Shown here: positions 9,655 through 19,402 of the stretch, in pieces
Numbering within the stretch: position 1 is the stretch's first letter
How the letters are laid out: every line of letters starts with the position of its first letter
Assembly: GCA_037139335.1 (NCBI GenBank)
Contig: JBAXGO010000003.1
Span: forward strand, 1-49,952
Length of the DNA stretch: 49,952 nt
Reading direction: 5' to 3'
DNA from: a bacterium
GTDB taxonomy: Bacteria > Patescibacteriota > Dojkabacteria > JAOAGR01 > JBAXGO01
The notes under the pieces: model-generated
Databases searched by the model: none
The model's input: only the letters and a program-made list of their open reading frames with translations
What the model was told of the DNA's origin: nothing
Position numbers and translations under genes: made by a program

Positions 9655-9918
9655 GTGATTATACATATATTTGTGAAGCCAAATCAGAAAAAAGATGAGA
9701 TCGTTTTACTTAAAAATATAATAACTGTAAAAATCAAGGCTGCACCTCAAAAAGGAGAAGCAAACAATTATTTAGTAAAATATTTATCCTCAATATTTCA
9801 TATATCAAAAACTAATATTCAAGTTATAAAAGGACTTACTTCTAATCATAAAACAATAAGCATGGAAATTTCTGAATCAGAATTTGAGTCAAAAATATGT
9901 AAAATTAGTTCTTTTTAA
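9655..9918 (+). CDS. DUF167/YggU family protein
   Basis: FVKPNQKK, IKAAPQKGEAN, VIKGLTSNHKTI; GTG start. Confidence 0.85.
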   Translation: MIIHIFVKPNQKKDEIVLLKNIITVKIKAAPQKGEANNYLVKYLSSIFHISKTNIQVIKGLTSNHKTISMEISESEFESKICKISSF

Positions 9919-10711
9919 TAAAATTAAAAATATCTTGTATTATGATTAGAAATCCATATCCAAGTATAAATAGTAGTAATATAGTTCCAGGCAATGGGAG
10001 AAGTGTGGGTATTGTTAGACTTAAATTAAATAAAGAGTGTGCTGCAATGGCATAAATAAAACCATAATTCATTCTTATATATGAATTTGAGAAACTAAAG
10101 AATAGCTGTGGTAAACCAAGAATCGGTATAAGATAAAAAACACTTAATAAATTGTTATAGTTTTGAATATGAGAAAGACTAAATAATATTGTAAGTAAAT
10201 AAAATATCCACCTGAAATGATTGATATAAATATTTGAAATGAAACTGTTAATCCTTTTTATTCTAATCAACATGAATAAAATTAAAGATAATACAATACA
10301 AAGTACTAAATATAATAATTCAAAAATAATAGTCTTTGGGAAAAAAGAAGCGTAGGAGGGAACAATCATGAATAAAATAATAAAGGACATTATTGATAAA
10401 TATGATGGACGAAATTTTAGCGCAAGTCGAAATACAAATTCTTCAATTATAGGAGCCAAAACAACAGCTGTAATAAAAATTATAATTAAAGGCTCGTTTT
10501 TACTTAGTTCAACTACTGCATTTTCTCCTTGATAATTAGCTAATTTCAAAGCGATAACAAGGATTAGCGATGAAATAATTCCTGCTAATAAAGACCAACT
10601 AGTTAATTTAAACGTTTTTAGAGATTTATCTCTTTTTGTTAGATTGGGATTATCAATATAATATTTTGGTTTTCCAATATATTTGATGAAATCGAATAGC
10701 AAATTATTCAT
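9905..10711 (-). CDS. CPBP (CAAX/Abi) family intramembrane metalloprotease
   Basis: APIIEEFVFR, FSLSH and AAHSLFN motifs in a multi-TM protein. Confidence 0.85.
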   Translation of the reverse strand: MNNLLFDFIKYIGKPKYYIDNPNLTKRDKSLKTFKLTSWSLLAGIISSLILVIALKLANYQGENAVVELSKNEPLIIIFITAVVLAPIIEEFVFRLALKFRPSYLSIMSFIILFMIVPSYASFFPKTIIFELLYLVLCIVLSLILFMLIRIKRINSFISNIYINHFRWIFYLLTILFSLSHIQNYNNLLSVFYLIPILGLPQLFFSFSNSYIRMNYGFIYAIAAHSLFNLSLTIPTLLPLPGTILLLFILGYGFLIIIQDIFNFIKKN

Positions 10712-10801
10712 TATTACTTTATTAATAGAAAGATTTTAACAGATAAGAAATTAATGAAAAGTATTACTTTTCTGCTAATATAGATTATATTGTTTTCATT
10801 A

Positions 10802-12463
10802 ATGAATGGATTTACTGAGCTCGCTATTATTATCTCTATCGCAGCCTTTTTTGGCGTTATAGCGAGGAAACTTAAACAACCCGAAATATTGGGCTACATT
10901 GTAGCTGGTGTAGTTGCTACAATTTTTATTCCATCTTTGAAAACAGGCAGTCAAAGTATAGAATTATTTTCAAAAATTGGAATAGCATTCTTATTATTTA
11001 TTGTAGGATTAGAATTAGATATACGTGAAATAAAACAATTGGGAAAGAGTGTCGTTTTATCTAGTATTGGGCAAGTTGTAATTACATGGTTTGTAGTCTT
11101 AGGTATTGCTTTAGCCATGGGTTTTGATTTGAAAACATCATCATATATTGGTATTGGTCTAGCTTTTTCGTCTACTATTGTTGTGATCAAACTTTTATCT
11201 CAACGAGGAGAATTGGAAACTTTGCATGGTAAAACAAGTATTGTTTTTTTGGTTATGCAGGATTTTATAGCAATATTTGTTATGATTCTGTCTTCAGCAA
11301 CTGGAAATATATCAGGCGGTAATATTCAAAACGAGCTTATGCTCATGGTATTTAAAGGACTGCTAGTTGTTACTGTTCTTATTCTTTCTACTAAATTTAT
11401 TCTTCCTTTTATTTTAAAAATTGTTAATAAAGAGAGAGAAACATTATTTATAGTTATAATCGCATGGGCACTTTTATTCTCAGCTATGGTCGGTTCCGAA
11501 TTAATTGGCTTTTCAATCGAAATTGGAGCATTGTTGGCTGGTATTGCACTAGCTGACAGATATGAGCATTTGCAAATTGAAACATGGATGAGACCGTTGA
11601 GGGATTTTTTCTTAACATTATTTTTTGTTGAATTAGGGTTAGGCCTGCAATTGGGGGCTGTTGACACAATTATTATACCTGTGGTGGTATTTACAGCTTT
11701 GGTCTTAATTGTGAAACCACTAATAATAATATTTTTACTCAAGAGTTTTAATTATGGCGGTAGAGCTTCTTTTCATACAGGAATTTCTTTATCTCAAATA
11801 TCTGAATTTAGTTTGTTATTAGTCGCGATTTCTCTAGGACAAAATTCATCTATCTTAACTATTATTACTTTAGTGGGTGGTTTAACTATGATTATTTCTT
11901 CGTATCTATTTATGTATAAGGATAAGCTATATGATGTTTTGAAAAAATATATTTTTGGTAAATCAAATTATCAAAAAATTGAAAGGGCCGAAGTCGAAGG
12001 TCATATTGTCCTTTTGGGCTGTCATAGGACAGGAAAAAATGTTTTAGATTATCTAATTCGACATGAAGAAAAACTCGTGGTAGTAGATAATAATCCATTG
12101 CACGTACAACAATTAAAAAATATGGGAATCAAGGCATTGATGGGGGATTTGCAGGATATTGATTTTCTTGAAAATTTACAATTGGAAACTGCTAGTTACG
12201 TAATATCTACTGTTCCAAATATGATTATAAATTTAGCTGTTCTACAAGAAATAAATAAATTTACAAATAAGCCAATAACAATTTTACTTGCAAAAGATGA
12301 AATTGAAGTTTCTGATCTTTATCATAAAGGTGCTGATTATGTAGTTTATCCGTATATTTTGACAGGGCAGAAAATAAATATGATATTGAAAAATAAAAGT
12401 AATTCGCATAAGCACAAAGTTACTGTTATGAAAAATATTTTAAGCAGTAAGTCGATTGGGTGA
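10802..12463 (+). CDS. Kef-type CPA2 cation:proton antiporter with TrkA-N (RCK) domain
   Basis: LLFIVGLELD, FSSTIVVIKLL, LSQISEFSL; C-terminal HIVLLGCHRTG..VVDNNP..GD. Confidence 0.9.
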   Translation: MNGFTELAIIISIAAFFGVIARKLKQPEILGYIVAGVVATIFIPSLKTGSQSIELFSKIGIAFLLFIVGLELDIREIKQLGKSVVLSSIGQVVITWFVVLGIALAMGFDLKTSSYIGIGLAFSSTIVVIKLLSQRGELETLHGKTSIVFLVMQDFIAIFVMILSSATGNISGGNIQNELMLMVFKGLLVVTVLILSTKFILPFILKIVNKERETLFIVIIAWALLFSAMVGSELIGFSIEIGALLAGIALADRYEHLQIETWMRPLRDFFLTLFFVELGLGLQLGAVDTIIIPVVVFTALVLIVKPLIIIFLLKSFNYGGRASFHTGISLSQISEFSLLLVAISLGQNSSILTIITLVGGLTMIISSYLFMYKDKLYDVLKKYIFGKSNYQKIERAEVEGHIVLLGCHRTGKNVLDYLIRHEEKLVVVDNNPLHVQQLKNMGIKALMGDLQDIDFLENLQLETASYVISTVPNMIINLAVLQEINKFTNKPITILLAKDEIEVSDLYHKGADYVVYPYILTGQKINMILKNKSNSHKHKVTVMKNILSSKSIG

Positions 12464-12490
12464 TAGTTTCTTAAGTTATTTTATTCTATA

Positions 12491-12575
12491 CGTCATGTTT
12501 AATAGGCTGGCGGAACAAGAGCTTTAGGTTTAATATTAGTATTGATAATCATCCTTCGACAGGCTCAGGATGACA
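12491..12575. repeat. REP-like palindromic element (copy 1)
   Basis: TCATCCT-TCGACAGGCTC-AGGATGA hairpin at 12549-12573 ending GAC; inverted CGTCAT partner at 12491; ATCCTTCGACAG also occurs at 16144. Confidence 0.65.
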
Positions 12576-12598
12576 TCAGGTTAAACTTACAAAACTAA

Positions 12599-13132
12599 AT
12601 GAAAAAAGTAATAATAGCTTCGGGATCCAAAAATCCTGTAAAAATGGAATGTACTAGATTAGGCTTCGAAAAAATGTTTCCTAATGAAGAATTTATTTAC
12701 GATATAACTCCAGTTCCATCTGGTGTTAGTGATCAGCCGATGTCAGATGAAGAAACTTTGCTAGGAGCTAAGAATCGAGCTATTAATGCTCGGAATGCAA
12801 TATTGGACGCTGATTATTGGGTCGGAATAGAAGGTGGTGTTTCTGATAATGGTGATGAAATGACAGCTTTTGCGTGGATAGTAATTGTGTCAAAAAATAT
12901 GATCGGGAAAAGCCGTACATCAACTTTTATTTTACCGCAAAAAATTGCTGAATTAATTCGAGGTGGTATGGAATTGGGATATGCTGATGATTTAATTTTC
13001 AAAAAAGACAATTCAAAACAGAAAGAAGGCGCAGTCGGGATACTGACTGATGGTGTATTGGATAGAATTCATTATTATGAACCCTCTGTAATTTTGGCAT
13101 TGATCCCATTTAAAAACGACAGTCTTTATTAA
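12599..13132 (+). CDS. yjjX: Non-canonical purine NTP phosphatase (inosine/xanthosine triphosphatase, YjjX family)
   Basis: SGSKNPVK, SGVSDQPM..ETLLGAKNRA, GIEGG, KQKEGAVGILT. Confidence 0.9.
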   Translation: MKKVIIASGSKNPVKMECTRLGFEKMFPNEEFIYDITPVPSGVSDQPMSDEETLLGAKNRAINARNAILDADYWVGIEGGVSDNGDEMTAFAWIVIVSKNMIGKSRTSTFILPQKIAELIRGGMELGYADDLIFKKDNSKQKEGAVGILTDGVLDRIHYYEPSVILALIPFKNDSLY

Positions 13133-13175
13133 AAATTATGTTATTATCCAGAGTATAAATAATTATTCTCATATT

Positions 13176-13961
13176 ATGGATTTGGAAAAAGCCTTTGAAA
13201 CTGTTAAATCGTTTGTTCTTTCAGCAGCGGAAAATGCACTGCAAGAATGGGATAATAAAGAACTTTTTTATCATGACAATGGTTTGAGTATTTCTACAGA
13301 TCTCGATTATAAAATCGAAAAAGATTTTTACAAATTCATAAATGAAAATTTTCCAGAGCATGGTTTCAAAGGTGAAGAGTTTCCAGAATTGCATAAGGAT
13401 GCGGAATATATGTGGTTTATAGATCCTATTGATGGGACAAATTATTATGGCAAAAATGTACCAATGTGGAGTGTTACCGTTTCTTTGCTCCATAATGGTC
13501 AGCCAATTATTGGAATTATATATAATGCTGTTTCTAAACAGTTTTATCACGCTATTAAAGGTCGTGGTGCATATTTAAATAATGAACAATTAATATTTAA
13601 TTCTCCAACTGAATTAAACAGAATTCATGCACAAGTTGCATATGTGCCATTTAATTATTATTGGGATACACATCAAGATAAGGTTTTGAGAAATTTACTA
13701 ATGACCAACAGTAATTTTTTTCGTGTAAGAATGCTTGGTTCTGGAGCGTTATCTTTGGCATGGACATCTCAAAGTATGTTTGGTGCTTGTATGGACTTAT
13801 ATAGACATGAAAGTAAATTTGTAGATATTGAAGCTGGTATTTTAATTTGCCAGGAGGCTGGTGCTTCTTATTATAAAAAGGAACTAGATGAAAATTTCTT
13901 TTTCACTATAGTTGCTAAACAAGAAGTTATAGAAAAAGTTATTGAATTAATAGAATTTTAA
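13176..13961 (+). CDS. Inositol monophosphatase (SuhB) family protein
   Basis: GEE, WFIDPIDGTNYY, RMLGSGAL, DIEAG..ICQEAG. Confidence 0.9.
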   Translation: MDLEKAFETVKSFVLSAAENALQEWDNKELFYHDNGLSISTDLDYKIEKDFYKFINENFPEHGFKGEEFPELHKDAEYMWFIDPIDGTNYYGKNVPMWSVTVSLLHNGQPIIGIIYNAVSKQFYHAIKGRGAYLNNEQLIFNSPTELNRIHAQVAYVPFNYYWDTHQDKVLRNLLMTNSNFFRVRMLGSGALSLAWTSQSMFGACMDLYRHESKFVDIEAGILICQEAGASYYKKELDENFFFTIVAKQEVIEKVIELIEF

Positions 13962-14014
13962 TAATTTGCATTTGTTCGGATTATAAATATAATGGAATAT
14001 ATATTTAATAAATT

Positions 14015-14548
14015 ATGTATCCAAACCAAACAAATACACAAGGTCCGACGGTAGTTGCTCCTATTCAACAGATGCCTCAAGGTGGTCCAGTAATTTATTC
14101 TCCAAATCAAATGGTGGGAACTAAAAAATCTCCATGGAAGTGGATCCTATTTGGTTGCTTAGGCTGTTTCGGTATTTCAGTAATTGGTTTCATATTAATT
14201 TTTGTATTTGCAATCAAGACAGTTGCAGATATGAATAAAAATACAGTAAGTCTTGTCGAAAATACATGTACACAAGTAAATGATGATGGAAATATTCAAA
14301 AATATTTATCTAAAGATTTATTGGCTGATTCTTCTACAACTACGAGCACTCTTGCTACATTAGTATATACTATGACAGGCTGTAAGGCATTTGATGGTAC
14401 TACAACTGCTTATGATAATATTAACGGCAGAGAAGTTATCAAATCATCAGGTAAGTTATTGTATAAAGATGGAACGTCAAAAACTATCGACATTGATAGC
14501 ATAAAAGAGAGCGGAGAGTGGAAAATTCTTTATATCTACATAAGATAA
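14015..14548 (+). CDS. Single-pass membrane protein, paralog of 13..528
   Basis: GPVIYS, KKSPWKWILFGCLGC, VENTC..VN..G.I, GCK, YKDG..K..D..KE.GEWKI. Confidence 0.75.
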   Translation: MYPNQTNTQGPTVVAPIQQMPQGGPVIYSPNQMVGTKKSPWKWILFGCLGCFGISVIGFILIFVFAIKTVADMNKNTVSLVENTCTQVNDDGNIQKYLSKDLLADSSTTTSTLATLVYTMTGCKAFDGTTTAYDNINGREVIKSSGKLLYKDGTSKTIDIDSIKESGEWKILYIYIR

Positions 14549-14555
14549 TTTTATT

Positions 14556-14585
14556 AGCCTCTGGTAAACATCAGAGGCTTTTTTT
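14556..14585. terminator. Intrinsic terminator between convergent genes
   Basis: AGCCTCTG-gtaaacat-CAGAGGCT followed by a T-run. Confidence 0.8.
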
Positions 14586-16038
14586 ATAGATTCAACAAGT
14601 TTTTTATTTCTTCCAATCTTTGCTTTACATCAATATCGTTTCCAGGTGCTTTAACTTCAATATTTAATCTTAATAAAGGCTCTGTGTTTGATAGTCTTAG
14701 ATTAACTTTCCATTCTGGATAAACTACGCTTATGCCGTCTAAATATTGATATTCAGCGTCTGGATAAATAGATTGTAGCTTTTGTTCTATCCCTTTCAAT
14801 CTATCTTTACTACTGATATTGCCATCTAATATGAAATTAATTTCTCCAGATAAAAAATATTTATATTTTAAATCTCCAGTTATTTCAGATGCTTTAACAT
14901 CTTTTGATACAAGTACATTAATAAATAATGCTGCAGCCAATACTCCGCTATCCATCCACCCAAATTGAGAAAAATAATTATGTCCGCTATGTTCGCAACC
15001 GTACAAACCATGAGTTTCCAATAATTTTGCCTTAATATAAGTGTGACCTTGTAAAACAGCTTCGCAAATTCCTCCAGCTTCTTTTACTACTTCTGGAGTA
15101 CATCTGCTGGCTGGTTGATTGTAGACTATTACTGGATTGATGCCTTCTTGTTTAAATTCTCCTGAAAAGTATTTTTCTAATTGAAATTTTGCAAAGGTAG
15201 CCATTAGGAAATCTCCTACGACTCTTTTGCCGTTTTCGTCTATAAAAAATGCTCTATCGGCATCACCATCAAATGCGATTCCAAAATCAGCATTTTCTTC
15301 TACAACTTTTCTTTTTAAATCTGCTACATTCTTATCTTGTATCGGATCCGCTGGGTGATGAGGATATGATCCGTCTAACTCCCAATATAATGGTATGAAT
15401 TCGATATTGGTATATATCTTTAACATTTGTTCCATTACGAAACCTCCCATACCATTGCCTGTATCAACGACTACTTTTAGACGTCTTTGCTGTAATTTAT
15501 CAGAAATATTCTCAGCATTTCCGACAAGTTTTATTTTATCTTTGAAAAAATCAAGTAAATTGTTTTTTAATTCAGTTTCTTCAATTACGTCATCAAATTC
15601 GTTAATTTCAATATTTTTCAAATCTGAGAAATATATAGAATCTCTAATTTTTTCCAACCCAGAACCTAGTCCTATCATTTGCGGTGCTTTTTTCACAATT
15701 TTAATCCCATTATCTGCAGGGGGATTGTGACTGGCAGTAATCATGACTCCAGCATTGTCTAGCATTTGGCAGGATGCATAAAGCATATCTGTACTTCCCA
15801 ATCCAAGTGGAATCGGTACTCCTCCAGCATCCTTAATTCCATGGTAAATTGCTTTATATAATTCATTGCTACTCAATCTATGATCATGAACTATATTGAC
15901 TTTGAGAGAAAGATTTTCTGGTTCAAGTATTTCTTTAACTAAGCTATAACCAACCCAATATGCAATAGTTCCGTTTATCAAAGGATAAGTTCCACGAACG
16001 TCATATGATTTAAATAGTGTTTTGTAATTCTGTTCCAT
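14584..16038 (-). CDS. Phosphomannomutase/phosphoglucomutase
   Basis: FKSYDVRG, ITASHNP phosphoserine motif, FDGDADR, EHSGH, RLSNTEPLLR. Confidence 0.93.
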   Translation of the reverse strand: MEQNYKTLFKSYDVRGTYPLINGTIAYWVGYSLVKEILEPENLSLKVNIVHDHRLSSNELYKAIYHGIKDAGGVPIPLGLGSTDMLYASCQMLDNAGVMITASHNPPADNGIKIVKKAPQMIGLGSGLEKIRDSIYFSDLKNIEINEFDDVIEETELKNNLLDFFKDKIKLVGNAENISDKLQQRRLKVVVDTGNGMGGFVMEQMLKIYTNIEFIPLYWELDGSYPHHPADPIQDKNVADLKRKVVEENADFGIAFDGDADRAFFIDENGKRVVGDFLMATFAKFQLEKYFSGEFKQEGINPVIVYNQPASRCTPEVVKEAGGICEAVLQGHTYIKAKLLETHGLYGCEHSGHNYFSQFGWMDSGVLAAALFINVLVSKDVKASEITGDLKYKYFLSGEINFILDGNISSKDRLKGIEQKLQSIYPDAEYQYLDGISVVYPEWKVNLRLSNTEPLLRLNIEVKAPGNDIDVKQRLEEIKNLLNL

Positions 16039-16143
16039 TAAAAATGAAGTTATTTATGTGATCAATGATAACACGGAACGAAATTAAGAGTTAAAGATAG
16101 TTGTGTAGTAAATTTTTCTTCGCTATAAAATTGAACTGATCGG

Positions 16144-16214
16144 ATCCTTCGACAGAGCCTGTGCTGTACGAAGTCTCTGGCTTTGTTAGGCTTGTCGAAG
16201 TACTAAGGGTGACG
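16144..16214. repeat. Nested REP-like element (copy 2)
   Basis: Starts ATCCTTCGACAG, internal arm AGGCTTGTCGAAG complementary to the 5' part, ends AGGGTGACG. Confidence 0.6.
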
Positions 16215-16240
16215 AAATTTTAAATTCATAACTGCTGAAC

Positions 16241-16267
16241 TGTCCCCCCCCAATGTATGTTATATTA
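16241..16267 (+). promoter_or_regulatory. Candidate ECF promoter/operator motif, copy 1 (C8 tract)
   Basis: TGTCCCCCCCC-AATGTATGTTATATT upstream of the ECF gene; similar to 16904. Confidence 0.4.
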
Positions 16268-16286
16268 ATGCATGCAATATTGATCA

Positions 16287-16883
16287 ATGGAATTTGAGGT
16301 TTTCTATAAATCTACCTTTAAAACTGTATATTCGTACTTTTACAATAAGTTTGTGAACGTATCGGATATTGAAGACCTCGCCCAAGAATCTTTTCTTCGT
16401 ATTTATTCTAAATATGGAGATAACTTTCCCAATACAGATGAACCTAGAAAAATCCTTTTTGGCATATGTCGTAATATTTATCGAGATTGGGTGAGGGATC
16501 ATATCAAAGAAGTCACGACTGACGATATTGAAACCGCAATTTATAAACATAATCCTGATTATAATCATGAAGAAGATTTCGAGGATGATTCTCAAGATCT
16601 TATTCGTCAGCAAAATGTTGATCTTGTAAAAGAGGCTATGAAAAAACTTAATCCAAAAGTCAAAGCTGTATTGGAATATAGATTCATAGAAGGCCTTTCT
16701 CGCAAGGAAATTGCAGAAAAATTGGGAATAAGTCAGGATGATGTGCATACATATCAAAAAAGGGGAATCAAATATCTGAATAAGATGATTAATACTAATG
16801 ATAAAGTTGATTCCAAAACCATTGTAAAAAAGGAAAAAGTCGAATTACAATATGATGTAGATTTATATTCTAAGCCTGATTAA
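16287..16883 (+). CDS. ECF-type sigma-70 factor
   Basis: Region 2 EDLAQESFLR..LFGICRNIYRDW; region 4 LNPKVKAVLEYRFIEGLSRKEIAEKLGIS; no region 3. Confidence 0.92.
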   Translation: MEFEVFYKSTFKTVYSYFYNKFVNVSDIEDLAQESFLRIYSKYGDNFPNTDEPRKILFGICRNIYRDWVRDHIKEVTTDDIETAIYKHNPDYNHEEDFEDDSQDLIRQQNVDLVKEAMKKLNPKVKAVLEYRFIEGLSRKEIAEKLGISQDDVHTYQKRGIKYLNKMINTNDKVDSKTIVKKEKVELQYDVDLYSKPD

Positions 16884-16903
16884 AAACTATAATTAATTAA
16901 ATT

Positions 16904-16928
16904 TGTCCCCCTTAATTTATATATAAGT
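16904..16928 (+). promoter_or_regulatory. Candidate ECF promoter/operator motif, copy 2
   Basis: TGTCCCCC-TT-AATTTATATATAAGT directly before the ATG at 16929. Confidence 0.4.
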
Positions 16929-19241
16929 ATGAAGAGAAATAACAAAAACAACAAAATCTATGCAGGTCACTCCCTAAAACAATTAGGGTTGAAGTCTCTT
17001 AATCAGCATCTCGTCGACAATGCTGAAAAGAGGGTATGGAATGGTATTTCTCAAAAACTTAATATATTAAAACAGGGAAAAATGAACCCCGAAAATCAAG
17101 AAACTATACAGGTAAGTCCTATAAAAAAAGATAACTACCTTTTTAAAAATAAAAAAAACATACTTATATTTGGTGGTACTGCTATATTTATTCTTGCTAC
17201 TTTTGCAATAGGTACCGTTGTATATATCAATGTTAATAAAACTAATAACAATACATCTATAGTAGCTAATAATTCAAATGACGAAATAAAAAAATTAAAA
17301 GCTCAAGCAAACTTGAAATTTACTCAAGTTATGGGAGCTAGTTTTGAAGAGTTGAAGTCAATAACTAGAGAAAATGACACTAATGTGGTGGTTGGTGGAG
17401 GTGGTAATACACTAGGATCAACTTCAAAAATAACTTTGGATGCAGCGAAAGCAAAGGAATTATCAGAAAAAAATATCGACCAAAAAGTGTATTACATGGA
17501 AATGATAAGTACTACAAATAATATTGAAGCAGCTAAAAGCTCAGTATTAAATAATTTTTCTATGACATTTACTGGTGCTAATATTGATTATTCAAAACCA
17601 ATAAAATCACAATATTGGTATAGCGGAAATTATACTAAATCATTAACAACCCAAGATAATAAGGTTCTTTCCGCACATCTCTCAACTCCTGATTATATAC
17701 TTATACATATAGGAGGAAAATATGCCGTTAAAGGAATTTATACTCAAAAAGTATATTTTGATACTTATACTAGTTCGCAACTTGAAAATCCAGAACTGCA
17801 ATTTATAAAATCTATATTGGGTGGATCAGATGAAAGTTTCAAGTTTTTAGGTAACCAAAATATTAATGGTATTAAAACAAGTGTATATGAACAAACATTT
17901 GATACGTATTCTATGTCTGGAGCTGTTCAGGAAAAGACACGTTATTATATCGATGATGAAAAATTTGAATTAGTAAAATCTGAGAATTTTACTTCTGATG
18001 GAAAATTAATTCAGACTATCAATTTTTCAAACGTTAAAGAATTTAGTCAAAAGGATGCAAATATTGAATCAACAGAAGAATTAAAAGGCATTGAAATAAA
18101 AACAGCAAAATTTCCTGATTATAATACAACAAATAAGACAACATTTGCGGATTTTATTTCAAGGCATAAGCTTTATATTGTTAAATCAGAAGGTTTAATC
18201 CAGGACTTCTATGATGAAGAATTATTAACGAATGGAGATGAGTATTCAAAATTAATAAATAATATAGATTTTGATCCATCTCAGACAATTACAAAAGCTT
18301 ATGTCTCTCAAGTGGCATCTTTTCATCAAGATTCAAATTCTGTGAGTATCCTATTAAAGGAACCAAAATATGTATCTGATGAGTATACTACTATATCGGA
18401 AGTCACAATCAAACTAGATGGAATAATTACACCTGCTAGAATAATAGAATTAAAGTATTTAGATAAAGGTAGTTATGATTCAAAAAGTGGTGAGCAAAGT
18501 ATCTCTGCAGCACCTCCAACTATTTCTCAAAAAAAGCTTGTCTTTGAAGCTGATGGATTATGGTACGAAATATTCGCAAGTGAGGAATCATTAAATAAAA
18601 TAGATTTTCAATCTGTAACCAAAGAAGATGCTGTAAGAATGGATAAAGAAAACGAAGAGAGAATAAATGCTCAACCAGCAACAGATTATGTTAAATTGAG
18701 TGCTGTTCCTGCTGAAATGAGACTATTGCCTGGAGATTTATCAAGTGAAGACGCTAAATCATCAGCTAAGTCTGTGGTAAAATCGAGCAAGACAGGTAGT
18801 GATAGTACATGTGACAAATATTACATGAATGATCAAATGTGTATGATTGAAAAATTTAATGGTTTTTCAGTATATTTCCAGAATTCTGACTCTCAAAAAG
18901 AGATATCTTCTTGTAGTAAGGATAATAATTCAGATTGTGCTGCTACTACGATGTCTTCTTCAATGTTTAATTATATAGTTCTAAACGCATCTATATCTCA
19001 AGTGCAACCATATATTGAAAAAAATTATGGCAGTTTTTCAATGGAGGATCCAAATTACATACTAAAAGAATTCAAGGGTAAGACGGTATATATAACTGGA
19101 GGTTCTACAAGAGAACAAATGCAAAAAATAATGAATAAAGTATCTTTGAATAATGGATATGATCAATTAAGTAAACAAATTGATGCTAATTTCGTTAACT
19201 ACAATAAAGAATTTGGTATGATGATACCACCAATAAAATAA
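16929..19241 (+). CDS. Putative anti-sigma factor with large extracytoplasmic region
   Basis: Follows the ECF gene; short basic N-terminus with RVWNGISQKL; one TM helix; about 670-aa exported part with LolA/RseB-like and DUF4367-like sequence patterns. Confidence 0.6.
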   Translation: MKRNNKNNKIYAGHSLKQLGLKSLNQHLVDNAEKRVWNGISQKLNILKQGKMNPENQETIQVSPIKKDNYLFKNKKNILIFGGTAIFILATFAIGTVVYINVNKTNNNTSIVANNSNDEIKKLKAQANLKFTQVMGASFEELKSITRENDTNVVVGGGGNTLGSTSKITLDAAKAKELSEKNIDQKVYYMEMISTTNNIEAAKSSVLNNFSMTFTGANIDYSKPIKSQYWYSGNYTKSLTTQDNKVLSAHLSTPDYILIHIGGKYAVKGIYTQKVYFDTYTSSQLENPELQFIKSILGGSDESFKFLGNQNINGIKTSVYEQTFDTYSMSGAVQEKTRYYIDDEKFELVKSENFTSDGKLIQTINFSNVKEFSQKDANIESTEELKGIEIKTAKFPDYNTTNKTTFADFISRHKLYIVKSEGLIQDFYDEELLTNGDEYSKLINNIDFDPSQTITKAYVSQVASFHQDSNSVSILLKEPKYVSDEYTTISEVTIKLDGIITPARIIELKYLDKGSYDSKSGEQSISAAPPTISQKKLVFEADGLWYEIFASEESLNKIDFQSVTKEDAVRMDKENEERINAQPATDYVKLSAVPAEMRLLPGDLSSEDAKSSAKSVVKSSKTGSDSTCDKYYMNDQMCMIEKFNGFSVYFQNSDSQKEISSCSKDNNSDCAATTMSSSMFNYIVLNASISQVQPYIEKNYGSFSMEDPNYILKEFKGKTVYITGGSTREQMQKIMNKVSLNNGYDQLSKQIDANFVNYNKEFGMMIPPIK

Positions 19242-19256
19242 GTTATTGGTATAAAA

Positions 19257-19276
19257 GCGGGGGATTAATCCTCCGC
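19257..19276 (+). terminator. Hairpin after the ECF/anti-sigma pair
   Basis: GCGGGGGA-ttaa-TCCTCCGC stem; weak U-tract. Confidence 0.5.
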
Positions 19277-19402
19277 ATTATTGTTTTATAATAACGATAA
19301 TGTAGAATGAAAAAATGATTACTTAAAAGTTTTTGTGATTATTGCTCTGTAATTATTAATATGTTAATTTATTAGAATATAATTTGTAATCAATAAATTA
19401 CA

